52,880 bases of DNA, from the IMG/VR virus record IMGVR_UViG_3300020042_001345, positions 1 through 52,880 of that record, one strand, 5' to 3'. This document shows, one piece after another, positions 27,544 to 36,174 of the stretch. A program made the translations under genes and the position numbers. How positions within the stretch are numbered: position 1 is the stretch's first letter; every line of letters begins with the position of its first letter. The notes beneath the pieces are model-generated. The model was given only the letters and a program-made list of their open reading frames with translations, was not told the DNA's origin and made no database searches. This DNA is from a virus (taxonomy: Duplodnaviria; Caudoviricetes).

Positions 27544-28770
27544 TTAACAAGCACTACCGCCGCGTTTTTTAGATACCGTAACTGACTGTTTGCTTTTTGT
27601 AACACGAGGGCCGGGTTCATTCATTGAACGTAAACCCAAACCTTTCATGTACAAATCGCCATACTCATCAGCAAAGTCGCTAGCTTCTTTAACAATCTTG
27701 CTATTACGAACCTTATCGTACATTTCTTTTGCCATGCTCAAAGGATTCATTGCATCCTCTAATTCACGACCGTACTTTGCGGCTTTATCATAATCAGCGG
27801 TAGACTTATCCATCTCTTTATCAGACACGGAACCACCACCAGCCATCTTCTGATACTTGCTGTAGACCTCGTTGGATTGTGCTTTAGCCGATTTCATAGC
27901 GGGCGCATTTTCCTTACCAAATGTCTTCATTAGATTACCCTCAGCAGGGGTGACCTTGCCACCTTTTTTGAAAGTACCAGCATTACGATTAGTACTTACA
28001 GGAGACGATGGTTTTTTAGCGCCTTGAGGCATCGCGACGGCACGACCTGAATTAACAGTTCCCCCCGTCGCGTAGGCTTTTTTTGAGGATTTGCCTCCCG
28101 ACTTAAAGCCACCAGCATTACCCATTTTGGCGCCACCAGTAGCCATCCCACCCATTTTCATGGAAGAATTTTTCATCATGTTACCGTTAGGCATCATGTG
28201 CATACCACCGCCACCCATCATAGCTTTGCCGCCTTTTTTCATCTTGCCTTTGCCATCAGCCGCAAAGTCAGGAACCATCTTCCCATCCTTCTCAACCATT
28301 GACATACCGCCGTCTTTGTAGCCACCAGTCTTCAGACCTTTATGTCCTTTGCTAGCAGGCTTGGACTCGTGAGACTTCAGTTCTTTCTCAAGACCCTTCA
28401 TCTTCGACATTTCAGCCTTGTGCGTTGCTTTAGACTCGCCGCCTCCAGCTTTGCCACCTTTTTTCATTGGTGACATACCCATTGCTGGGCTAGAAGGCGT
28501 CATTGCAGGCTTCTTAGCCATCATCGACTTACGACGTGAAGCCATCGAAGGCTTCATAGGGGCGCGAACAGGAGCGTTCACAGCAGGACGACCAACCAAA
28601 GCAGGAGTGCCAGACATCATGTCCATAGCACCACCGCCCATAGCCATCTTCTTGTGACCAGCTTCCGCTTTACCACCCTTTTTCATGTTGACGTGACCAC
28701 CTTTTTTGAGTTTTAACTCAACAGTTGGCTCCGTGGTCTCCATCTTCACCATTGGTTTAAATTGACCCAT
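27544..28770 (-). CDS. Lys/Met/Gly-rich basic protein with an array of MKKGG-type motifs
   Basis: AAGGAG RBS before ATG 28770 (MGQFKP). 13 copies of [MYFL][AK]xGG. Confidence 0.75.
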   Translation of the reverse strand: MGQFKPMVKMETTEPTVELKLKKGGHVNMKKGGKAEAGHKKMAMGGGAMDMMSGTPALVGRPAVNAPVRAPMKPSMASRRKSMMAKKPAMTPSSPAMGMSPMKKGGKAGGGESKATHKAEMSKMKGLEKELKSHESKPASKGHKGLKTGGYKDGGMSMVEKDGKMVPDFAADGKGKMKKGGKAMMGGGGMHMMPNGNMMKNSSMKMGGMATGGAKMGNAGGFKSGGKSSKKAYATGGTVNSGRAVAMPQGAKKPSSPVSTNRNAGTFKKGGKVTPAEGNLMKTFGKENAPAMKSAKAQSNEVYSKYQKMAGGGSVSDKEMDKSTADYDKAAKYGRELEDAMNPLSMAKEMYDKVRNSKIVKEASDFADEYGDLYMKGLGLRSMNEPGPRVTKSKQSVTVSKKRGGSAC

Positions 28771-28780
28771 GTTGTTCTCC

Positions 28781-29758
28781 TTATGCTTGTGTGACGCCAA
28801 GAGCGCCAATACGGGTTGCATTAGGGCCTGCCGCAATTGCTGGTAGGGCTATTCCCATCACAAGACGCTTGATGCCGTCTGCCGCCGAGGAAGGTGTGTA
28901 CGTTCCGCGAACATCACCAGTGGTGGTGGTAGCCGTCAAAGTAGCGGCGGCAACAAAAGTACCAGCGTCTTCTGCTAAGGTGCTGTTCCAGCCAGCGCGG
29001 GTAATGTATCCAGCATCAGTAATGCGCAGTGGCGCACCTAAGATGTCTGTTGTACCTACCGCAACGGTTACCACGCTTGCGCCAGAAGAGACAACACTGG
29101 CAATTTGGTAAAAGGCTTTCTTACCACTGACAGTAGTAGACGCCACTGTTCCTGTTGCAATTACCTCGCTCATAGCTTGACCGTAATAGTCGTAACCAGA
29201 CACAGTAATGTTGACAGTAGTTGGACTACCAGCGCCTGTGGTTGTAGAAACAGCACGAGGGCAGTCAAGTTGCAAGCCTGTTGCACCGCCTGCAATCGTG
29301 GTGGATGTAACACCAGCACCTGCGGCAAGCGTGAGCGTGGTAGCAGTTGTAATAACAGCGGCAACAATGTTAGTTGTCAACTTTGCTTGTGGAACAACGT
29401 CCCAAACATAAAGACGACCTAGTGGGCCTACACCTACGCTCATTGGGGATGGGTTTTGCAACAAAGCGTTGCCTGAACCAATGATGGTGGCGCTTGCTAC
29501 AGTTTGTGATGCGCTTACGGTGTAAGTACCTATACCGCCAGAACCAGTACCAAAAGCAGTAATATAAGTTCCATTGGTGAGTGACGTTGAACTGTCAATG
29601 AACATACCAACAGTAATTGGGTCACCAGAAAGCATAGCGGTGACAGTTAATGTGGTTGTAGCAATTGAGCCAGTAAAAGTTGAAACAGCAGGGTAAGCGT
29701 CCATACCTTGAACGGTAATAGCTGAACCCAAAAATAGGTCATCTGAAAATTGGGGCAT
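28781..29758 (-). CDS. Putative capsid decoration/minor head protein
   Basis: Thr/Ala/Gly-rich beta protein directly after the major capsid gene. AAGGAG RBS. Confidence 0.55.
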   Translation of the reverse strand: MPQFSDDLFLGSAITVQGMDAYPAVSTFTGSIATTTLTVTAMLSGDPITVGMFIDSSTSLTNGTYITAFGTGSGGIGTYTVSASQTVASATIIGSGNALLQNPSPMSVGVGPLGRLYVWDVVPQAKLTTNIVAAVITTATTLTLAAGAGVTSTTIAGGATGLQLDCPRAVSTTTGAGSPTTVNITVSGYDYYGQAMSEVIATGTVASTTVSGKKAFYQIASVVSSGASVVTVAVGTTDILGAPLRITDAGYITRAGWNSTLAEDAGTFVAAATLTATTTTGDVRGTYTPSSAADGIKRLVMGIALPAIAAGPNATRIGALGVTQA

Positions 29759-29790
29759 CGTCTGCTCCTTGAAAAGTTTGACGAATGAAT

Positions 29791-29824
29791 AAACAAAAAA
29801 GGGGCTGGGTTTTATCCCAACCCC
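29791..29824 (-). terminator. Rho-independent terminator after the major capsid gene
   Basis: GGGGTTGGG-ATAAAA-CCCAGCCCC followed by TTTTTTGTTT on the minus strand. Confidence 0.85.
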
Positions 29825-29833
29825 TGTGGCGCT

Positions 29834-30748
29834 TTAAACGCCCGGTGTGCCGTAAACGGCGCGTGGGTCAGTGAAGCCCACTTGGTAACGCTCGGTAGCC
29901 TTATAGCGCATGGAGTCGGTTTCAAAATCGCCTTCCATAGTCTTTTCTAGCTTACGACGCATCAACAACTTCATGCCTTCTGGAGCATCAGTCTGCACCC
30001 AGAATGCGGTTGAAGAAGTCAAACGTGACAGAACAGCAGCGCCTTCGTCAAGCAAGCCAATTGACTTGATTGGGTTGACGTCGTTGTTGCCTGTACCAGC
30101 GCGAAGAACTGATTTCAACAGAACCTCAGCTTGGAAGACATTGCCGGGAGCCACAATCAATTGACGTGGAACCAAACGAATCTTCTTGCCATTGTTGTCC
30201 ACAGCTTGACGAATCTGAATCAACATCTGCTCAAGCGATGTTTGGGACAGATTAGCGGCTGTAGTCAGCAAATTGCTGAATGTACCGTTGACGATTGGAT
30301 GTGAAGCACTATTCAAAGCAACGCCATCACCACCGGGGAAGGCCGAGTTGAACGCACGGTTCAACACGTTAGCCGACAGTGTTTCTTTAGTCTCAATCAA
30401 AGACTGAGCCAAGTGACGAGCGTAAACCTGACCGATACGGATATGGTCGCCATCTTCAACCAGCACTTTGGTCAACGCGAAGGCCAAGCCAAACACGTTA
30501 TAAACATAGCGCTGCAAGAAAAGAACACCACCCTGCTGATACGATACTGGAGTACCGTCAGGCAGTTGAGGTGCTGCGCCAAAACCATAAAGGACTGGCT
30601 CTTCGTGATAGTTGCGTGGAATACCTTCTTGTTCGCGGAAAACACGCGACCATTCGTCGGTACGTTGGTCATAGACTCCATCAAAGCATTCGTTAAGAAT
30701 TGGCTCAACGATACTTCTAAAGTCCGTACTGCGCATTGGGGCTGCCAT
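29834..30748 (-). CDS. Major capsid protein (Mu gpT-like HK97 fold)
   Basis: GFGAAP..PDG, GGDGVAL.S.SHP, LIVAP and DFETDSMRYKATERY..GFTDPR motifs. Strong RBS and downstream terminator. Confidence 0.85.
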   Translation of the reverse strand: MAAPMRSTDFRSIVEPILNECFDGVYDQRTDEWSRVFREQEGIPRNYHEEPVLYGFGAAPQLPDGTPVSYQQGGVLFLQRYVYNVFGLAFALTKVLVEDGDHIRIGQVYARHLAQSLIETKETLSANVLNRAFNSAFPGGDGVALNSASHPIVNGTFSNLLTTAANLSQTSLEQMLIQIRQAVDNNGKKIRLVPRQLIVAPGNVFQAEVLLKSVLRAGTGNNDVNPIKSIGLLDEGAAVLSRLTSSTAFWVQTDAPEGMKLLMRRKLEKTMEGDFETDSMRYKATERYQVGFTDPRAVYGTPGV

Positions 30749-30760
30749 TATTTATTCTCC

Positions 30761-31333
30761 TTAGATAGCGTTAATGGTGGCGACATACTGGCTACGGCTC
30801 ACTTGAACCTGAACCACAGTGTATGCATCACCAAATGCGTTATCAACAGCAGGCGTCAAACCAATGATTCGCAAATCACCAACAGCACCTGAACCCACCA
30901 AACTTGAAGAGATGGTGCATTGCGACAGACCAGTAGTTGTTGAACCAGCAGAAATGTTGCTAAAGTTTGCTTGGTCACCAATAGCGGTTTGAGCCAAACT
31001 ACCATCAGCCTGAATGTCGTAAACGATATTAGGGTCAGAGTAGTAGTAAGTCACTTCGGAACCAGTTTGATATGCAGTGTTTGCAATCCACTGGTTGCTT
31101 ACAAGACGACGACCAGTAAGGTCGGTGAACTCGTGACCAGCGAAAGCACCTTGAAAGGCGCTACCAGCAGTAGCAGCAATGACGTTACCGCTTGTGTTCA
31201 GTGCTACAGGCTGACCTTTTAAAATGCCAGTGTTGTAGGCTGAAGCAATACCGTTAGGCAAAGCAACCGCTCTGTCCAAACCAGATGGATGGAAAGACGG
31301 ACGCAGACCAAACGGAGCATTGATAGAAGACAT
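30761..31333 (-). CDS. Capsid cement/decoration protein
   Basis: APFGLRP N-terminus, DPNIVY.IQADG and GSTTTGLS. Immediately upstream of the capsid gene. Confidence 0.6.
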   Translation of the reverse strand: MSSINAPFGLRPSFHPSGLDRAVALPNGIASAYNTGILKGQPVALNTSGNVIAATAGSAFQGAFAGHEFTDLTGRRLVSNQWIANTAYQTGSEVTYYYSDPNIVYDIQADGSLAQTAIGDQANFSNISAGSTTTGLSQCTISSSLVGSGAVGDLRIIGLTPAVDNAFGDAYTVVQVQVSRSQYVATINAI

Positions 31334-31363
31334 AGTCTTACTCCTAATGTTCAGTTAAATACC

Positions 31364-31903
31364 CTACCCCGAAAAATGTGGAGCAGGAATCGGTTTGTCA
31401 ATGTCATTAATCCCATCGCCTTCAATCTGACCGAGGCTTCTGCCTCGACTATCACGCGCAACATTTTGCTCCGCTTGAAGGCGAATTTTGTTCGCTTCTT
31501 CCATCGGCGCATCATGGTGAAAATGAGTCATAACTTCTTGGTACAAATCCATAGGGATTTTGTACAAAAGCATCTCATTACACGCAATATAACCTTCATG
31601 CTCTCCAGCTTTTACACGGTTATTTCGCATATCAGGTAACTCATCCGCTTTCACGGGAACGTACCCTAATCGAATCCGTTTATCTATGCTGTCGTAACTG
31701 TTAGTTGTCGATAACCAGCAACAATGCCATCCCTTCATATCAGGAACAGTGGGCAATGCACTTTGTGTCCATTCGTCTTTCCACATCTTTCGACGCTCAT
31801 CTGACGATGCCATTTTGTCCTCTGGAGCCTCGCGAATCGTGTCGCGACTTCCGCGGTTTTCGCGGTCTCCAGCATTCAAATTTTTCTTTAAACGAGAATC
31901 CAT
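31364..31903 (-). CDS. Conserved head-module protein
   Basis: LP.VP...GW...WL, R.RLGYVPV and MLLYKIP. Located between scaffold and capsid genes. Confidence 0.6.
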   Translation of the reverse strand: MDSRLKKNLNAGDRENRGSRDTIREAPEDKMASSDERRKMWKDEWTQSALPTVPDMKGWHCCWLSTTNSYDSIDKRIRLGYVPVKADELPDMRNNRVKAGEHEGYIACNEMLLYKIPMDLYQEVMTHFHHDAPMEEANKIRLQAEQNVARDSRGRSLGQIEGDGINDIDKPIPAPHFSG

Positions 31904-31914
31904 TTTATTACTCC

Positions 31915-32880
31915 TTAACCGTTATTGTTGCGTGCTTCCAAGGCGTAGCGTCGAATCATCTTCGCTCGTTTCTCAGCGTCATCCCACATACCTGCATCTT
32001 TCATAGCCCTCACCTGTTCGGGTGATAAAGTAAACGAATTACTTTTGCCATTAGTTGATGCTGATTCGCGGCCTGAACTTGTCACTGCACTTCGTGGTCT
32101 AGAGCGCGGTCTCTCGTCTTCCTCTTCAGTATACCTGTGCGGAACAACTCTTTGCAAGCGCCTGTCAAGCTCTTCCCAATACTCAGCCGTTTTAGGGTCG
32201 TAACCCTCTTCCGCTAGTATTGAATCCTCATTTAAAGCGCGTCGTGAGTCGGCATCTTTTCCATTCGGGTCATACCAAGGATTGTTTGCCATCCAGTTGT
32301 TTGCATGACGCTGTAGTTGGGGGTCTGGAGCCTGAATAGTGCGCTGCTTTTGAGGAGCAACAGCACGCTTCTTCAGGTTTGCCAGCGCTTCCGCCTGACG
32401 GCGTGCCTCAAACCACATTTCCTGCGCAGAAGTCAATAATTCACCGTTGCCAGTCGATGTGGCTTCGGAAATCTTCTGTTTTGCGAACAAAATGCGATTA
32501 TCTTGGTCTTCAATTGCCTTATCTAAGCGGGCAAGGTCACTTCCATGCGATTTGCGCTCTAAAACGGACAATCTTTCAAGCAATTGCTGGTTTTGACGCT
32601 CCAAAAGTGTCAATTTGACGTCTTTTTCGGTCGAAACCTGCTTGTGATACTCCTTGCGACGCTGTCTTTTGAGTCGCTTTTGCTCTCTGAGAGCCTCTGC
32701 GTCCTCATCTACAGAGCCACCAACCACCATTTCTTTCTGTCTAGCACGGTCATCGGCTTCGTCGGAGTCGTCATCTTGCTGCGGCTCAGGAGAGGGGATA
32801 CTGGCAGGCAACTCGATGGTTGCCGAGCCGTCTTTCTCTTCCTGAATGACGATTACATCTGGGTCTTGTTCTGTACTCAT
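31915..32880 (-). CDS. Capsid scaffolding protein
   Basis: Acidic N-terminus, long coiled-coil, W..NNPWY, YWEELDRRL and LSPEQV...K..G C-terminus. Confidence 0.7.
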   Translation of the reverse strand: MSTEQDPDVIVIQEEKDGSATIELPASIPSPEPQQDDDSDEADDRARQKEMVVGGSVDEDAEALREQKRLKRQRRKEYHKQVSTEKDVKLTLLERQNQQLLERLSVLERKSHGSDLARLDKAIEDQDNRILFAKQKISEATSTGNGELLTSAQEMWFEARRQAEALANLKKRAVAPQKQRTIQAPDPQLQRHANNWMANNPWYDPNGKDADSRRALNEDSILAEEGYDPKTAEYWEELDRRLQRVVPHRYTEEEDERPRSRPRSAVTSSGRESASTNGKSNSFTLSPEQVRAMKDAGMWDDAEKRAKMIRRYALEARNNNG

Positions 32881-33305
32881 ACGAATGCCCTCACTTCAAG
32901 TGGGTTACCAGTAATTTTGGCAATCACTTCGTGGTCATTCAGCACCATGAACTCGACGTTGTCGTCTTCTCCATGTGGTACTGACCAGCGGTCGCCAGTC
33001 CATTTAGGCACACGAAGGAAGTCCCCCTCGTTACACCATATGCCCTCGACCCAAGGTTCCATCGTGTCGCGTTTTTTGAACGCTAATGGCCCCATTGCAA
33101 TCACTTTGGCGACGGGATTTTGCGCCCGTTCAGTGTCGCGAGTCTCTTCAGGCAGGATAATCCCCGATTCGGTCATTCGTTTCTTGGCTTTGCGCAGTTG
33201 TACTAATACTCTTGCACCAAGGGGAATCGCACCGGGGTCTACAAGAGGAAATGCATCCTCTAAATCAGCGGCATTACCCGCTACCGTGCTATCAGTCATC
33301 TTCAT
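32877..33305 (-). CDS. groES: Co-chaperonin GroES-like protein
   Basis: PLGARVLV, TESGIILP mobile loop, KVIAMGP, EGDF and LNDHEVIA. Start may be 33299. Confidence 0.85.
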   Translation of the reverse strand: MKMTDSTVAGNAADLEDAFPLVDPGAIPLGARVLVQLRKAKKRMTESGIILPEETRDTERAQNPVAKVIAMGPLAFKKRDTMEPWVEGIWCNEGDFLRVPKWTGDRWSVPHGEDDNVEFMVLNDHEVIAKITGNPLEVRAFV

Positions 33306-33474
33306 CTTCTCTCAAAAGGTGGTTAAGAATTTCAAGGGACGCTTCAAGTCCAAGATTTTCTCCGACTAGACGTTGGTATGCGTTGTAGTCTGGCGCATTT
33401 CCATGTGCCAAACCACCCGCAATCTCAGCCTGACGCGCTTTTACAGCGCTGATAAAGTCGGAAAGAATCTTCAT
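33292..33474 (-). CDS. Small head-module hypothetical protein
   Basis: 60 aa, helical, with DYNAYQRLVGE..GL. Overlaps both neighbours. Confidence 0.65.
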   Translation of the reverse strand: MKILSDFISAVKARQAEIAGGLAHGNAPDYNAYQRLVGENLGLEASLEILNHLLREDEDD

Positions 33475-33650
33475 GCGTTAGACTTATCCACGCCCTTGTT
33501 TTGGGAAAAATTACCGTGGTCGCTGTTAGCCTCTGGCATAGTCGCTGTTGAATTCTCTTTTAATGATTCGCCTGTAACCCAAGCGCCAGCACCAATGCGG
33601 GTTTTCTGACGCACTTGTTCTGATTGATACTCTTTAGTTTCTTTTTCCAT
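33471..33650 (-). CDS. Small hypothetical protein (59 aa, not in ORF track)
   Basis: MEKETKEYQSEQVRQK...KSNA. AGGAG RBS and ATGA overlap with the next gene. Confidence 0.65.
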   Translation of the reverse strand: MEKETKEYQSEQVRQKTRIGAGAWVTGESLKENSTATMPEANSDHGNFSQNKGVDKSNA

Positions 33651-33651
33651 G

Positions 33652-36165
33652 TCATGCTCCTAAGTTGCGTTGTGTGGACTGATTAAGTTTGATTGCAGTA
33701 TCTTCCTGCTCCTTACGCAGCTTGACCTCGTCCACGGTCAACTCTGCGGTCTTAATACGCTCGGTAGTCAAGTTGTTTTCGGCGTTCATAGCCACCTTGG
33801 CATCCCTGTCTTGAGCTTTTTCTTGTTGGCCTGCTTGGAACTTCTGAGTGTCGAGTGCCAGCTTTGCTTGGTCTGATGCGGCACGGCGCTGAGTCTCTGC
33901 CATAGACGCCTGCAATACAGCCTGAGCCTCGCCTTCCATTGGAGGTGGCTGCGGCTTGAACTGTTGCATCAGTTGTCCTAACTGCTCTAGCGCAGGCAAA
34001 ACGCCTTGGAATACCTGCTTGGTATCCAAGCTGACGTGGTCTGACGCCACCGCAATAGCGCGGTCGATTTCCTTGGCAATCTTGCTGTCCTCGTACTTGC
34101 CCATCTTGACGTCACCAGCAGCCAAGACGTAGCCCTGCACCTGTTGGGTGTACCAGAGCATCATGTGCTGCTTGATATGCTCTAGTGCCTGTGGAATAAA
34201 CTTCGGTGCAATCAAACGGTTGGAACCTAGCATCGGGTCAAGAGCAAACGTCAGGTGCGTCTGGATGTGCGCAAGGTGGTCTTGACGTGGATAAGCAAAC
34301 GCTGGCTTACCTAGCGACATTGCGCTGTTCTCGTCTGCCGCGTTTAACTCTGCGGGTTTACCCGTATTAGGCATTAGTTCGTTGACGTTCGGAACCTTCA
34401 ACTGCCTGAGCATACGGCTCACTACAGCACGCTGGTCAAAAATCTGCGGGAACTGTGCAGACAACTGCATGACTGACTGCATCTGCGCAACACGCTGTGT
34501 TTCAGAGAAGATGTGCGGGTCGCTGACAGGAACCACGTCACTGTTACGTTTAAAGTCTGAGCGCTTGATAGCCAATTCGGCAACGATGTCACCCTTGCGT
34601 TGCTCGTCTAAGTGCCAGCGGTTAATACGTCCAAGAACGTGCAGCACGCGGCGCTGGGCATCATGCAAGCGTGAGTGAATAGACGAGAAAACTACTGCGC
34701 CTTGCTCAATCAATGCCTGCGTTGTACCTACTGGCATATTGCTGTTAGCGTCTGCAATCTTCTCTTCGGCGGTAGTTACCACGCCTTTAGCCTGATTTGT
34801 CAGCCAGCCTAGCAACTCAAACAGCACAGGCGAAGGTGGGTTGAATGGCATAGGCATCGCAATCTTGCGAATGTCATCTACACCAATACCGCCTTCAATC
34901 TCGGTGACCTGCGTAATCTCAACTTGGTCTGACTGACCAGACACTTTTGCACCCTTGAGTTTTAACATAGTCAAGGAGTTATTAACGTGCGCAGTATCTA
35001 GCAAAGCTCGTAGTGAACCCGTAGCGGCGGCAGATAAGCCACCGATAAGGTGAGGTAGTCCAATGGCGTATGCGCCACGCCAAGGGATAAACTTAAACTC
35101 AATAATCCAATCCAACTTCGTAAAGGTTTCGTCGCCCTCTTCCCAGTTGCGATACAGACCAAGTACCTTGTTGTCTAGTTCGTCAATCATCAGGATGTAG
35201 GGCGCGTTTTCTCCTTTAGTGCGCTCATCGTCATCAAGGTCAAGCCAAGTGTAAATGTGGTACACGCGGCGCAATCCGTCTTCACCGTCTTGGAACTGCT
35301 TGCCCTCAATCTTGGCGTTGGCTTTTTCAGCCGCAGTCTGCTCAGGCTCTGACGTGGTGCGAATAAAGTTGATGTCGCGGTACAAGCCACGGTCAATACG
35401 TTGCTTGAACTCCCACTCACTAATGTCCTGCTGTTCCGTTACACGCTGCGAGGTATAGAAGTTAGCGGAAGCAAAGGGGAGCAAGATGTTATCAATGGCG
35501 ACGAACTCAGCGCAGGGTCGGCGCTTTTTATCATCGAACCACAGTTTCATAAACTGCGAACCACCTAACGGCAACTGAGTGAGCATTTGCTCTTGCTCGT
35601 CCCTAAACTCTTCAATCTGCTCGGTCAACTGCCAGTTCATGTAGTCGCGCTTGCGCTCGGCTATCTCAGTCTTCTCGTCTGTTACCTCGCCAATAATCTT
35701 AGTCTTGGCTGGGCCATCAGGTGGAAACATCTCCTTGATTGCGCGGGAAGCAAAGTCTACACACGCTTCAGCCATCATTGGGTGAACTACCTTTGAGGCT
35801 CCAAGGAACTGAGCGCCTCCCGGGGCATCGTCGCCCATGCCTGTACGGCGGAGACCTTCTTCGTATTGCTTGTCGCGCTTCTTGCGTGCTTGGCGGTCGT
35901 TGTCAATCAACTCGATGTAGCGCATAGCCAGCGATTCCAACTCACGCACGCTGATAAGTTCCTCAGCCAAGTTAGCGTAGAAGTCCTCATCTTCGGCTGG
36001 GCCTTTGAAGTCTGCAAGACTTACCACGGCAGAACCGTCTGGCAACTCCTCAACATCAGGCTCCTCACCGGGCAGCATATCCACCTCAGCGCCACCCTCA
36101 TCCGTCATGCGGATACCATCAATGAAGCGGTCTTCATCAGGGCCAATCGGATAATCTGTTGCCAT
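33652..36165 (-). CDS. Portal protein
   Basis: 837 aa with GASKVVHP..AEACVDF, DYMNWQLTE and PVGTT.AL.EQG. C-terminal coiled-coil barrel. Located between terminase and scaffold. Confidence 0.85.
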   Translation of the reverse strand: MATDYPIGPDEDRFIDGIRMTDEGGAEVDMLPGEEPDVEELPDGSAVVSLADFKGPAEDEDFYANLAEELISVRELESLAMRYIELIDNDRQARKKRDKQYEEGLRRTGMGDDAPGGAQFLGASKVVHPMMAEACVDFASRAIKEMFPPDGPAKTKIIGEVTDEKTEIAERKRDYMNWQLTEQIEEFRDEQEQMLTQLPLGGSQFMKLWFDDKKRRPCAEFVAIDNILLPFASANFYTSQRVTEQQDISEWEFKQRIDRGLYRDINFIRTTSEPEQTAAEKANAKIEGKQFQDGEDGLRRVYHIYTWLDLDDDERTKGENAPYILMIDELDNKVLGLYRNWEEGDETFTKLDWIIEFKFIPWRGAYAIGLPHLIGGLSAAATGSLRALLDTAHVNNSLTMLKLKGAKVSGQSDQVEITQVTEIEGGIGVDDIRKIAMPMPFNPPSPVLFELLGWLTNQAKGVVTTAEEKIADANSNMPVGTTQALIEQGAVVFSSIHSRLHDAQRRVLHVLGRINRWHLDEQRKGDIVAELAIKRSDFKRNSDVVPVSDPHIFSETQRVAQMQSVMQLSAQFPQIFDQRAVVSRMLRQLKVPNVNELMPNTGKPAELNAADENSAMSLGKPAFAYPRQDHLAHIQTHLTFALDPMLGSNRLIAPKFIPQALEHIKQHMMLWYTQQVQGYVLAAGDVKMGKYEDSKIAKEIDRAIAVASDHVSLDTKQVFQGVLPALEQLGQLMQQFKPQPPPMEGEAQAVLQASMAETQRRAASDQAKLALDTQKFQAGQQEKAQDRDAKVAMNAENNLTTERIKTAELTVDEVKLRKEQEDTAIKLNQSTQRNLGA

Positions 36166-36174
36166 GTCTAATCC

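Noticed and set aside
27544-28770. Bacteriocin/RiPP double-glycine leader peptides
   Set aside because: No ELSxxEL-type leader, C39 peptidase transporter or modifying enzyme. The motif sits in virion-operon proteins.
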